Positions 12,797 through 25,563 of a stretch of DNA of 64,000 bases are shown here, piece after piece. Positions within the stretch are counted from its first letter, which is position 1, and each line of letters starts with the position of its first letter. Position numbers and translations under genes: made by a program. The notes below the pieces were generated by a model. That model had not been told where the DNA came from. It saw only the letters and a program-made list of their open reading frames with translations, and searched no databases. Source of the stretch: Anolis carolinensis (lineage: Eukaryota); the NCBI RefSeq assembly GCF_035594765.1, contig NW_026943825.1, forward strand, positions 15,120,590-15,184,589, given 5' to 3'.

Positions 12797-13255
12797 TGGA
12801 TGTGGCGCAGCTGTTGAGCAGCTGCCTTAAATCACTCTGACCATGAGGTCATGAGATCGAGGCCAGCCCGTGGCGGGGTGAGCACCCATCAATTAAAAAT
12901 AAAAAATAGCCCCTGCTCGTTGCTGACCTAGCAACCCGAAAGATAGTTGCATCTATCAAGTAGGAGATAAGGTACCACTTATAAAGTGGGGAGGCAAGAT
13001 TAACTAATTTACGACCTGGAGTGAGGAAGTGCCGTCAGAGTGGATGATGAAGCAGCTGCTCCCCCCTGTGGCCAGAAACGAACATCCCCTCAGAAGAAGG
13101 TTAACTTGCCTCTGCGTGTGTCTCTCAGTCTCTGTTTGATGTGTTTATGGGCATTGAATGTTTGCCCTATGTGTGTTATAATGTGATCCGCCCTGAGTCC
13201 CCTTCGGGGTGAGAAAGAAGGGCGGAATATAAATACTGTAAATAAATAAATAAAT
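12797..13255 (+). mobile_element. tRNA-derived SINE with L2-like tail (AnolisSINE2-like)
   Basis: A/B-box-like head (tgtggcgcagctg...gagatcgaggcc) and tail ccgccctgagtccccttcggggtgaga...aataaataaat. Related copies on - at about 10560-11190, 13870-14310 and 34890-35620. Confidence 0.7.
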
Positions 13256-13269
13256 GTTACCACGCAGTT

Positions 13270-13317
<48 letters not shown>

Positions 13318-13850
13318 TCAACAACAACAACAACAAATACCAATGAACAGTCACAGAAGCAGCAAAAATAAAGCAAAGTGAAGAACCTGCTTTGATTGAA
13401 GTAAAAAAATCAGAAACTCCTCGAAGCACAGAAGACAAAAAATCAGTACAAGAAAACCGCACTACAAACTAGAGCTGACAGCTGGCACAACAAAACATGG
13501 CATGGAAAGTTCCTTGACAAAATTGAAGGAAAAGCTGATCAGGAGAAGACCTGGCTCTGGCTCACAAATGGGACCCTGAAGAAGGAGACAGAAGGCCTGA
13601 TCCTTGCAGCCCAGGAGCAAGACATCAGGACAAAGGCAATTAAGGCCAAGATGGAAAAATCAGCTGATGACCCAAAATGCAGACTGTTTAAGGAAACCGA
13701 CAAAACCATGGATCATATCCTCAGCTGCTGTAAGAAAATCGCACAGACAGACTACAAACACTCGGGAAGTGTTCGACTTGCGATTTTGTGATACGAAATC
13801 CAGCATATCTATCTTGTTTGCTATGTTATAATAAAATAATAATAATAATA
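13270..13850 (+). mobile_element. R4/Dong-clade non-LTR retrotransposon fragment in a (TAA)n tract
   Basis: Encodes HGKFLDKIEG...LKKETEGLILAAQEQDIRT...CRLxKETD..DHILSCC; flanked by TAA repeats. Confidence 0.75.
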
Positions 13851-14413
13851 ATATCAACAACAACAACACTTTATTTATATTCCGCCCTATCTCCCCAAGG
13901 GGACTCACAGTACACATACACAACATTCAATGCCATTTGGACAGACAGGACAGAACAGAACAGACAGAAAGGAGGTAAGTTGTGTTTGAAGTCCAGTTTT
14001 GGTGCCCTGAAGATTGTGCTCAGATTCAGCCACAGGAGGGTGCTATTGTTCCATTCTCTATGGCGAAGAGCCATCAGGACTTCCTCCTTACATTTGATCA
14101 TCGGCATTTTATGGTGTTGTAAAATACCTCCCCCGCTTAATTAGCAGTACCTAATTTCTCTACTTACACCTCTAAGTTGTTTTCGAACTGCTTAGGTAAA
14201 CAGTGAGCTGGACTTGATGGTCAGGTGCTCACCCCGACCGGGATTCAAACTGGCCACCTTTCGGTTAGTAGATCTTATTACTGCTGGTGATTTACCAGCT
14301 GTGAGAAAGCCCAGTTTCCAAGAGGAGACCCATATAAATCACCTTATAGAAGTCTAAACTAAGTGAAGTGCCCATATTACCTTCATTTATGGTTGCTCTG
14401 CATGAAACGGATT

Positions 14414-17084
14414 TCAATAAGCACAGGGTACAGTTTCTTTGTCTGTCATCAGTTCAGCATCAGAGTCAAGGGCATTCTTCATATTTTTGTACTTACTGCT
14501 GCTGGATCGCTGGACCTGCGTCATTGGAAGGTGGAGAAAGAGAAAGAGGAGAAAAGAAAAGGAAAACAATGGTCACCTGACATCTATCTCTGTCTATATC
14601 AGTGATTCCCAACCTTTTTTTGATTATGGACCACTTTGACCAGGGACCACTTTGACCAGGGACCACTTTGACCAGGGACCACTTTAACCAGGAACCGCGT
14701 TAACCAGGGACCACTTTGACCAGGGACCACTTTGACCAGGGACCACTTTGACTAGGGACCACTTTGACCAGGGACCACTTGGCCAGGGACTAATTTCATC
14801 AGGGACCATTTTGACCACAGACCACTTTGACCAGGGACCACTCTCCAACATTAGTACCAAAAAGGTTCAAATCACTTTTTAATCAATTTTAGATTCGTTT
14901 TGGTTCTTTGGGGTGCTGATCAGTGATTTCCAACCTGTGGTCCATGGACCACCAATGGTCCCCAAGGACTAAAATATGGTTCACAGCCTCACAGTTACTA
15001 CACCATTGCAATGAGAGCGACTGGTCTCGCACAACCCTCTTATCGTGCTGAGGCAACAGGGATATCCGAGGGGAGAGGCTGATTACCAATGAAATGTGCA
15101 ACAACAAGCCTCCTGACTGCTGCTTCTCCTCCTCCCCCCTATCCCTGAGCGGAGCCGTTCCATATGGTGCCTGGAAGCAGGGGCACCTTTGTGCTTTCAT
15201 TTTTCAGCACATTCCTGGGGTTATTTGGGGTGCTGATTCAGAAAATTGCATTGGATAGACCACATCAGCTCTAGTTTCTGATACAGGACATATGCCATCC
15301 AGTAGTCACCATCTGCTTTCCCACAGAAAACCATATTTAATAATCTAGAGCTGATGTGGTCTATCCAATGCAATTTTCTGAATCTGCACCCCAAATAACC
15401 CTAGGAACGGGCCTAAAAATGAAGGCACGAAGGTGTCCTCGCTTCCAGGTGCCACATGGAATGGCTCCACTCAGGGAGAGGGAGGAGAAGGAGAAGCAGC
15501 AGTCAGGAGGCTTGTTGTCATGCCTTTCGTGGGTGGTCAGTCTCTCCCCTCCCGACATTCCCATTGCCTCGGCACTATAAGAGGGTTTCATGAGACCAGT
15601 CGCTCTCATTGCAACGGTGTAGTAACGGTGAGGCTGCGAGCCATATTTTAGTTCTTGAGGACCACAGCTGGTCCACGGACCACAGGTTGGGAACCAATGA
15701 TCGATATAGATTCAATTTGTCTCTACTCTGTAGATTGAATACACTTTGAGTACTCTGTTTCTTTCTTATCCACCTTTGCCTATGGATCAAGGCAGGGATC
15801 AACCAAAGATTAATATATATACACACACAATATAATTTACAATAATATATAATAATTATAACATATTGTATATACATATAATATTCATAATATTATATTG
15901 TAATACGATATAATACTAATAATACAATATAATAATATTAATTATATATTATATTTTACATGTAATATCTATATATATAAAAGGGTAATGAAATTTCAGC
16001 CTAGGACAAAACAACAAAACGACACATCCCAGAAACACTAAACTTGGCAGCACAACCCCTCATCCATGCCTCTACGTTCATAAGACAAAAAGAAAAGAAA
16101 AATAAAGTCCTAATTAGAGGGAGAGGAATAATTGTTTTTATCCAATTGCTGCCAGTTAGAAGGCTAAGCTCAGTCAGGGGAAAACCTATACCCTTTACCT
16201 TAACTACCACCAATACCTCAATACTTTATTTCCCATACTACCATACTTCGCCATAGAAACGGAATATATTGATACAGTACAATATAGTAATTTATTACCA
16301 GTATTGTACTATGCTAATATAATATTATATGTAAATTTAATTTGTAAGCCGCTCTGAGTCCCCTTCGGGGTGAGAAGGGCGGCATATAAATGTAGCAAAT
16401 TAATTAATTAATTAATTAAAATATGTCAATAGGTTCGACTTATAACATCAGTGAAAAACACATAACAGCTGTAAAAAGAACATATATAATCAATACATAT
16501 TTAAAACAACCACTTATAATTTGAAAAACATCTGGGTAGACCTGCCAGAAGAATTCAGTCTGTTGAAGTCCTTCTGGCAGGTCATTCCACTATTTTGGGG
16601 TGATCTCGAGGTAACCATCTCCTGTCTAGTCCTGGATGACTGGACTCAAGGTTACCCAGATGACCTAAATATTTGGGTTGGATTACACAGAAGAACGCTT
16701 TCTCCCTTGCATAGTTCCAGGAAAAGTTACTTTTTGCTTATCTCCAAAAGAAGGAAAGCTGGACCAAATTGTATATGACTTTAAAGGTAATGACCAACTA
16801 TTTATACGTTGCTCTGAAAGTAATTGGAACCTAGTGGAGTGATTTTAGTATAATTACAGTATTATCACTCCTGGATTTGTTTCTCCTCTAGGATTGATGA
16901 CCCTAAGGTTTAGTTTCCTTAAGTCATTATACTTGACAAATATTACCATGACTGGTGACAGCTCCTGTTGGATCAGCTTCTTGAATTCGCTCTTCTTGAA
17001 CGTCTCTGCCTCCTTCACTTTCTTAGGGTTGGACTTATGGTTGCCTTCCATCATGTCCGTGAAGGCCCTGATCAGCCTGGACAT
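14414..17084 (-). CDS. EDKM: EDKM, epidermal differentiation protein rich in Lys and Met, 79 aa, two coding exons (17084-16947; 14515-14414)
   Basis: Exon with acceptor ctcttcacag at 17107/17106 encodes MSRLIRAFTDMMEGNHKSNPKKVKEAETFKKSEFKKLIQQELSPVM|gtaata (phase 0). Next exon after a long pyrimidine tract and gacgcag encodes VQRSSSSKYKNMKNALDSDAELMTDKETVPCAY*. K/M-rich composition and position beside PGLYRP3 match sauropsid EDKM. Confidence 0.85.
14600..15699 (-). mobile_element. hAT-like non-autonomous element(s) in an EDKM intron
   Basis: Family TIRs, (gggaccactttgacca)n array at 14628-14842, internal second terminus at about 14921. Confidence 0.7.
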
Positions 17085-18495
17085 CTTTGGGTTCCTTGAT
17101 GTTCTCCTGTGAAGAGCAAATGGAGATGGGTCATAGAGTAGCCCCGAGAAGGCAACTTAGATAGAAGAGACGGGAGCAGCCAATGCTTCCAGGCTTTGTT
17201 TCTTCTTGCCTCTCCTCTACTCCGGTCCAGCGATTGCCTCACCAAGCGTCGCGTCCCAACTCTAAAATTGGAAAACTAGGGAGGTGAGAAGCTGAGAGGC
17301 AAATCCAGTGGTGAGTCATGCCACAAGTAGGGCATCTTTTGTCCCACACACGTTGTCCAGGCAGGCTGCCAGTTCCACAGAGATCAACACAGAGAAGCTG
17401 TAGGACAGGTTCTCGACCTTTATTGACAAGCACAGGAACATTATGGGTAAGAGATGGAGCCAGCTGCCTTCAATCTTCCACAGATAAACCTCGCTAGCCT
17501 GCTTTCCAATATACCTCACAAACTCTGAGGATGCCTGCCATAGATGTGGGCAAAACATCAGGAGAGAATGCTTCCGAAAGTTGGTCATACAGCCCAGAAA
17601 ACTCACAGCAATCCTCTTTGATTGGTTGCTCCATGGATTGCTCTGGCAAGTGCCATTTGATTGAATGGCACTCTTGACTTCCTACTTGTGGGTCTTGAGA
17701 CTGGATCACTCTCCCTGTCCTGGGTGAAATTGTTATTTAGCATTACAATGGGGCACAAGTCACCTTTTAGTTGTTGCCAGAGCTCCCAGCATCCATGACC
17801 ATTGGCCATGCTGGATAGCTGGGCCTCAGGGGAGTTGCCAGCTACCTTCAACCTAGAGCAGCGGTTCTCAACCTGTGGGTCTTGAGGTGTTTTGGCCTAC
17901 AACTCTCAGAAATCCCAGCCAGTTTGCCAGATGTTAGGGTTTCTGGGAATTAAAAACCAAAACATCTGGGCACCCCAGGTTGAGAACCACTGACCTAGAG
18001 CTTTCCAAGATATTTGCATCATGTCCAGATATTTTAGACCTCAGCTCTCAGAATTTTTAACTGTTGGCCAGGTCAACTAAGGTAGTGGTTTTCAACCTGG
18101 GGTGCCCAGATGTTTTTGGCCTTCAACTCCCAGAAATTACTAACAGCTGGTAAACTGGCTGGGATTTCTGGGAGTTGTGGGCCAGAATACCTGGAGACCC
18201 ACTGGTTGAGAACCACTGATCTACACTATGTATTGCTCCCAGTCCATCAAGAAGTTCTTTCTAGAGTTTAGTTGATGTGCTGTGCCTCCAAACCAGTAGA
18301 CCTGTTTCCATCAGACCTACCCCCTCCTCTCTGGGGATGCCCTTGAGATATTTAAAGAGGTATTTCATGTCACACCTCCATCTTCTGATTCTATTGTCTG
18401 TGGTTCTACGTTCTCCAAAAGCCTCTAATGCCAGCCCCAAAGGCAATTCCCATTTCCAAACCAATACCAGAGAGCAAGGAAATACCAAGACTTAC

Positions 18496-18545
18496 CCAGG
18501 TCTTCAGCAATGAGCAGCGGGGAAGCAGGGAAGGAAAGGCACCAT
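18496..18545 (-). other. EDKM: Putative non-coding upstream exon of EDKM
   Basis: Consensus donor CTGG|gtaagt at 18496/18495. No clear TATA box found, so the 5' boundary is uncertain. Confidence 0.4.
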
Positions 18546-18868
18546 ACACATCAACCTCTGGCTTCCTTGCAGTTTGGGAAAGTGGGTGGTGGATGATGAA
18601 GTTGCCTTCTGGTCAAACCTGCTCTGCTATTGTTGTCGATCTTCACTGTTTGGTTGGAATCCTCCCAGATGATCATACGGTGATTAGAAGGCATCTACCC
18701 ACAAGTGGGTGGAAGGTAGTGTGGAAGTGGTCAGCCCTTGGCCTCGGATGGAATTGAGGAAGACACAGAGGGAGAGTCTTTCCTACCCAATGGAAAAGAG
18801 AGAAATGAGGAAATGGTGGCCCATGGACCACCATATTTGTCAGTGGAAAAGGCATGCTTGGAGGGCAG

Positions 18869-19430
18869 TGGAGGTCTTTGAGGAGAGGTTGGATGGCCAT
18901 GGAGGGCGGTGGAGGACTTTGAGAAGAGGTTGGATGGCCATAGAAGGCGGTGGAGGTCTTCGAGAAGAGGTTGGATGACCATAGAGGGCGGTGGAGGTCT
19001 TTGAGAAGAGGTTGGATGGCCATGGAGGGCGGTGGAGGACTTTGAGAAGAGGTTGGATGGCCATGGAGGGTGGTGGAGGTCTTCGAGAAGAGGTTGGATG
19101 GCCATAGAAGGCGGTGGAGGTCTTCGAGAAGAGGTTGGATGACCATAGAGGGCGATGGAGGTCTTCAAGAAGAGGTTGGATGGCCATGGAGGGCGGTGGA
19201 GGTCTTCGAGAAGAGGTTGGATGGCCATGGAGGGTGGTGGAGGTCTTCGAGAAGAGGTTGGATTGCCATAGAGGGAGGTGGAGGACTTTGAGAAGAGGTT
19301 AGATGGCCATAGAGGGAGGTGGAGGTCTTTGAGAAGAGGTTGGATGGCCATGGAGGGCAGTGGAGGTATTTGAGAAGAGGTTGGAAAGCCATGGAGGGCA
19401 GTTGAGGTCTTCAAGAAGAGGATGAATGGT
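18869..19430 (+). repeat. 41-bp minisatellite (about 14 copies) derived from a CR1 3' end
   Basis: Unit ggaggtcttcgagaagaggttggatggccatggagggcggt matches the CR1 segment ggaggcttttaagcagaggctggatggccat (compare 30557-30590 on -) and runs into a CR1-like tail. Confidence 0.8.
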
Positions 19431-19843
19431 CATCTTTTGGGAGTGCTGCAGTTAGGTATCTATGTATAGAAAGAGGTTGGACTCTTGGGGGTCTTTAAAA
19501 GTGATTGTTCTATGATTCCATGTTTTACATGGACTCTAGATTTCTGCTAGACCCCTACTTCCAAACCTCACTACACCCCAAATTGAAGGTTAGTGATGTA
19601 ACCTACATTCAGTAAAGCACCATCCCAGGAATGGGGGCGGGATAAGGAATAGTTTTGGGAATGAAATCAGGTCAATGGAGAAGGTCCATGGCTAAACCTT
19701 TCACTGTTGTGACTCTAACAGAAGCAGACCAACCACTGTAAATATCCTTTTACTATAACAGTAGCATTGGTCAAGTGGTCCCTGGTCAAGTGGTCTTTGG
19801 TCAAAAAAAAAAGCTTGGGAACTACTGAGATAGATATCTAGAG

Positions 19844-20357
19844 NNNNNNNNNNNNNNNNNNNNNNNNNNNNNNNNNNNNNNNNNNNNNNNNNNNNNNNNN
19901 NNNNNNNNNNNNNNNNNNNNNNNNNNNNNNNNNNNNNNNNNNNNNNNNNNNNNNNNNNNNNNNNNNNNNNNNNNNNNNNNNNNNNNNNNNNNNNNNNNNN
20001 NNNNNNNNNNNNNNNNNNNNNNNNNNNNNNNNNNNNNNNNNNNNNNNNNNNNNNNNNNNNNNNNNNNNNNNNNNNNNNNNNNNNNNNNNNNNNNNNNNNN
20101 NNNNNNNNNNNNNNNNNNNNNNNNNNNNNNNNNNNNNNNNNNNNNNNNNNNNNNNNNNNNNNNNNNNNNNNNNNNNNNNNNNNNNNNNNNNNNNNNNNNN
20201 NNNNNNNNNNNNNNNNNNNNNNNNNNNNNNNNNNNNNNNNNNNNNNNNNNNNNNNNNNNNNNNNNNNNNNNNNNNNNNNNNNNNNNNNNNNNNNNNNNNN
20301 NNNNNNNNNNNNNNNNNNNNNNNNNNNNNNNNNNNNNNNNNNNNNNNNNNNNNNNNN
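19844..20357. other. Assembly gap
   Basis: Run of N. Confidence 1.
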
Positions 20358-22549
20358 ACTTTACAGCAATGCATTAATCCAAGGGTGGGCATCTTGAGGC
20401 TTTCCAGATAGTTTCCTATTGCAACCCCCATAACATCTCAACATGTTATGCTGCTAGGACTTATGGGATTTGGAATTCCACCTTAACGGAAGTCTACCAC
20501 TTGCTGATACATGTACAGATGCACCAACATTTCTAAATATATATAGATACACAAATATATCCTGAATGTTCCTTGTTGGTTCCTACTAGAGTCAGTTCCA
20601 ATTTATGGTGACCCTAAGATGAAGCTATCTTGGTAAGGCATGTTTTGAAAGGGTTTGCCTTCCTCTGGGGGCCAATAAAGTATGACACACCCATCATCAC
20701 GCCTGAATGAGGGATTGTGCAGAATATCTTCATCCATAAGATCTAGGTCCAGGTCTAAGTTTAGTTCAACCAGGAGGTTCAATGGGAACTTGGAGCTAGT
20801 TGCTGTCCCAAAACATGACCAGATGTTGGGGAGATAAAACAGAAGGATATAGTCTTAACCCTTGGAGGAAGTTTTGGGTCGTTTCAACATATTAGTTCTG
20901 TCTCCACCTGAAAACCCACACAATTTCCTGAGAGCATTCCTAAACACAGGCATGATTTATTTAATCGCAATTATTTCAATTCCAAACCCCTCCTTTGTGG
21001 TTTTCCTGTATTATTACACTGACGCATCATTTCTTCAATTGCAACACAGATATTTGCTCCCCAAGGTTCTTCTCCAAAACTCCAAAATCATTCATATGTG
21101 TGTGTATAGCCGCATACAATGGGAGACAGATCATTCAAAATAACTTCCCGTTTGGTGCTGGTTAGGGTTGACATTCTCCATTGGGAAGGCCAGAAGGTTG
21201 TTTCAGAATATATCTACTAGGCATGTCTGATCAATGAAAAAAATGTTTCAATTCTTGTTTCTAAAGTAGGGGGCGTCGGCGCTTCGAAATAGAAATTATT
21301 TCCGATTTTTTCACCCAAACATTTTGGATATTTCCGAAAATTCATAATGATTCTAAATGTTTCCAAATTGGTGGGCGCGTATGCGCAATCACAAAAAAAA
21401 GGCACCCGGGGGGGACTTTTACAGGGCTCTCCCACCCTCATTTCTGGAGCTATCCTCATCAAATTTGGTACAGTGGGAGAACACATTCAACACTCTTAGC
21501 TCAACAAATTGCAGAACATTTCCTGTATCCTATGATTTTTGGAAAATTTTCATAACTTTTTATAATACACTATTTTTTTATATTTGAAGAAACCTGTTCC
21601 TGGTTTGAAAGTCTTATTTCCTGTTTAATTGGGTTTTTATCACTGTGAAATGGACCAGTGACCATGCCAAGCAATGCTCTGACAAGATGTGCAAAGAAAC
21701 TTTGAAAACTAGAAATTCCCTTGCTATATTTGTAAGCAAGAATTCTGGAAATCAATGGTGTCTCTGGCTATGTGATCCCACAAGCCTGAAAGGCAATGCC
21801 TTCTTAATGAAATAGACTACTGATTCTGCAAAGGTATGCTATGATCCAGCAAGAACTATTCTTAACAAAATTGAAAGCTAGATTTTTTTTTTAATAATAT
21901 CGAAAAAATAACCCTGGAATTCACAGCTCTAAATAGCTGAGAGCTACCCAAAATTAACATACTCACAAGAGAAGGAACCAGCAACAAAACCCTAACCCTT
22001 TCTCCAAACCCCTCTGTGGGAACAGCCAGACCGGGCCCCTTCACTCTCTCTCTCACACAAGACACAAAGCTTGCTTGCTCTCCGTTTGCAGACCACCACC
22101 CTCTCCGCGCAAAACCCAGCCCAGAACGGCTCGCCTGGGCTACACAATGGGCTTTTATGGCACTCTTCCACGTGGATGCAGAGGACCCTAGCCCCCACCT
22201 TTGCATCCATCGTGGAAGCTTCTCATTGGCTGGGGAGCGGCAGCCATGTTAGGCTGCGCTAAGCTCCCATTCAAGGTAGGTTGCAGAAACAAAATCCGAT
22301 ATAAATCCGATATAAGATTCAAAATGATTTTTTGGACATACCTAGTATCTACACTACAGAATGAATGCAATTTGTCACCCCTATAACAGCCACGGTTCAA
22401 TGCTTTGGAAGTATTGCCACTTTAATTTTGCAAGGTATCTAGCCATCTCGACCAGAGAGTGCAGAGACCTCACCAACCTAAAACTCCCAGAACAAGTCTC
22501 CATGATAGAGTCTCCAAAAAAAGGGAAACGACTGGCTAGAAGGGAGTCT

Positions 22550-24497
22550 TTAGTTGTGCTTGTAATTCGGCCACTTGGAAATTTCAGCACGGATGGGCTC
22601 TCCTGGTGATGCAATATTGCTGACGTCGCTGTGGGCCATGATGAGGTAGTCTTCTGACAAGTATCCAATCTTCACAGAAAAGTCAAGCAGACATTTTAGG
22701 GATTTCCATGCCTCTTGGTTGGGAAGCTTGTCTGTGAAATCAAAAGTTGATGTACAACCATTACAACGGTGATTATTGCAAGCCTATTCTTATTTATACA
22801 ACACATGTGGAAATTATACAACACATGTGGAAATATATTATTCTAATATATTGGGGAAAATATGTTTTTTCAAGTCTTGAGAAACCTGACTAGACGAATT
22901 CTGGATCGGACAGAATGTTCACAGTTTGGAGCTTTTTCTGGACAAAATTCACATTGGGTTGTTTCAGGCAGAATAGAGCATTGGGAGAAACTAATCTTTT
23001 CCTGGTTTGGAGAGGCAAGTGAAGCAAAGGTTTTGTTCACAAAAAACAGTTTCTTGCAAAAAAAAATTCACGAAGAAGTTTACAAGGACAAGAAATCACA
23101 GATGAACTGAGATCCACACATTCCTTTTCTAAGGAACGTTGACCTAGATTTCTTAGTTGGATACCCATTAAATTAATAGGATTTACTGGGGTATTGATTA
23201 ACCAATGGCTTCTAGCTGAGATGAGCCAATATGATCCAGTCTTACAGAGATCTAATCCAAAGTTAAGTAGGGTACAATGAGACACTGCTTTGACCATGAC
23301 TGTCGTGAATTGCATCCCAGGTTTTGTGGGCTCCCCAAGATGTCAAATGTATTCTGGGTTTAAGACTTGTCACCTTTGAGAGCTCATTTAACATTCAGAC
23401 TGAAACTCAGAGAGGAATCACCATCTCACAAAGTTAGGACCCATCAATCGCAATTAGTGGTCTTGATCCATAGGGTGAAGGACTTACCTGTGAAGGTCCC
23501 TATGAAAGCAATGCCAAGGGAGATGTCATTGTAGCCATAGGTGTGGGCACCTTCGCTGCGCCATCCACGTCCTTCATACACATAACCATCCTCACCAATC
23601 AGGAAGCTAGAAAAGAAGGAAGGAAGGAAGGAAGGAAGGAAGGAAGGAAGGAAGGAAGGAAGGAAGGAGGAAGGAAGGAAGGAAGGAAGTTTTCAGTGTT
23701 AATGATACTTCAGTCCTAATCCAAGAGCAGAGAACCTTCTTCAACCTAGTGGTTGAATCCTATTCCAAAGTCTTCCAAAGTTGAAGACAAAACCTTAATG
23801 CAGTGATGGGCAAGCTTTTGCACTTGGTGTGTCAAAATTCGCTAAAAAACCTAGCATGACTTGGATGGTGTGTCACTTTGAGGGAAAAAAAACCATAATT
23901 TCGCAATATGTATAGTGTAAATAACAAAAATGTATAAGTCTATATATATAAAAGGGTAATGAAATTTCGGCCTAGGACAAAACAACAAAACTACACATCT
24001 CAGAAACACTAAACTTGGCAGCACAACTCCTCGTCCATGTCTCTACGTTCATACAACAAAAAGCTCCAGCTACTCTAGAAAACGGACAGGCTTTGAGACT
24101 GCAAGGCTATTCACTGCTATTACACCTGGTCAACAAAGGATTCCCATAAAGCCACAGCAACGCGTGGCCGGGCAAAGCTAGTTTTATAACTGTATTTAAT
24201 AAATCAAAAACTATTTACTACCGTTATTTCCATGTATGGTACTTCTTGCAGTTTAAGCTTCACAAAGTTTCCACACTGATTTCTCTCTATTCTAGTTTCA
24301 ATATAGTCATGAATAATGAATAATATAATAATAATATAATATAATAGTAATGATATGATAATATACTACAATAATAGAATAATAATAGAATGAATAATAG
24401 AATGATAATAGAATATACAAATATAATATAATGATATAAAATATATTAATAGGATGATATAATAATAGGATATAATAATAATGTATATATATGTATG

Positions 24498-24550
<53 letters not shown>

Positions 24551-25468
24551 TGTTCATTTGTAGGACGGAGTAAACAAAAAAACAACTGGATGAAATGACA
24601 CTAAGTTTGGTCACAAAACACTTAACAACCCAAGAGGTGACCACCGCGTGTCATCAAAAATGGCTAGACGTATCAGTGCTGACACGCGTGTCATAGGTTC
24701 GCCATCACTGCCTTAATGAGATCCAGTTATCTCGTGAAATACAGGCCACCAGCCAGCATTGACGTCAACCAGGTCAACACAGAGGAGGCCATGAGAACTT
24801 GAAGTCTATAGGCATCGTCTTACTTGTAAGCAATGTCACACCATCGTTTGATGCGCTGGTGATAGTCCTGAGCATTCCTGGTCTCCTGGCTGCATTCTTC
24901 ACGGCTGGTGCAGGTTGTGCCTGCAGTATGGCTGATGACAACGTATTCTGGGAGAATGTCATGCAAAGGTGCAGAACAGTTGGCCGGCTTGGCTCCCCAC
25001 TTGGATGGAGTAATGAGTTGGAAACACGCCATGGCTGTGAGCAATAAGCAGAAAAACTATAGGGTCCCTTGATTTCAACATTCAGCCTCCATTCTCTTAT
25101 CTTCTGCATCTAGACTGCCATGCCAGAAAACGAGCAGCCAATCTGCTCTGGGTTTTGGTCAGAACTTTGAAAGAGCCATCAAAGGTGCTGAACCTCTTCT
25201 GAAACTGGGTTTGAGCACTAAGCTTGGCTTCATCAACATTTAGACTATGTCTCAAAGCAAATTCAATAGAATGGCCAACTTTGTTGGTGGGCTTCAGCAC
25301 ATGGATTGAGTCTTCAAAGTTCAGCCACCACCACCAAAGTGGGAGCCAAGAGATCAATTTACTCTCCATATCTATCCATAATTTCTCCCCGCTGGAAGCC
25401 CTTTCTTCCTTTTAGTTACCTTCTGACAACACACACAACACGAACAGAAGAATCTCCGCCTTGACCAT
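22550..25468 (-). CDS. PGLYRP3: Peptidoglycan recognition protein 3, single PGRP domain, 186 aa; coding exons 25468-25420, 25034-24824, 23606-23488, 22731-22550
   Basis: Signal peptide MVKAEILLFVLCVLSEAMA, then CFQLITPSKWGAKP...VVISHTAG...[22 protein letters not shown]...GAHTYGYNDISLGIAFIGTF...AHSDVSNIASPGEPIRAEISKWPNYKHN*. All introns GT-AG with matching phases; total 561 nt. EDC synteny between EDKM and the S100 genes. Confidence 0.92.
23615..23688. repeat. (GGAA)n microsatellite forming the polypyrimidine tract of a PGLYRP3 acceptor
   Basis: Reads (TTCC)n on - immediately upstream of ttttctag at 23607. Confidence 0.9.
23801..24710 (+). mobile_element. hAT-like element with perfect 8-bp TSD CCTTAATG in a PGLYRP3 intron
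   Basis: TIRs cagtgatgg / ccatcactg; TSD at 23793-23800 and 24711-24718; contains AT-rich and (TA)n tracts. Confidence 0.85.
23939..24181 (+). mobile_element. Non-autonomous Helitron nested in the hAT element
   Basis: 5' TC-tatatatataaaagggtaatg, 3' GC-rich hairpin region (gccacagcaacgcgtggc) then CTAG|T. Partial second copy at about 15968-16260. Confidence 0.7.
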
Positions 25469-25563
25469 CTTCTTCGTATTGATGTCCAGCCCAAAGCGCT
25501 CAAGAACAACTTGGAAGAAATGAAGTATCTGCAGAATGAAACAGGTTCAAACAACATTTTTCC

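Noticed and set aside
12797-12880. tRNA-like sequence
   Set aside because: SINE head with no intact cloverleaf.
18673-19414. Long Pro-rich ORFs that resemble EDC proteins
   Set aside because: Products of the 41-bp CR1-derived minisatellite; the unit is not a multiple of 3 and the same peptides appear in all frames.
19838-20431. ORFs spanning N runs (also 53347-53833)
   Set aside because: Artefacts of assembly gaps.
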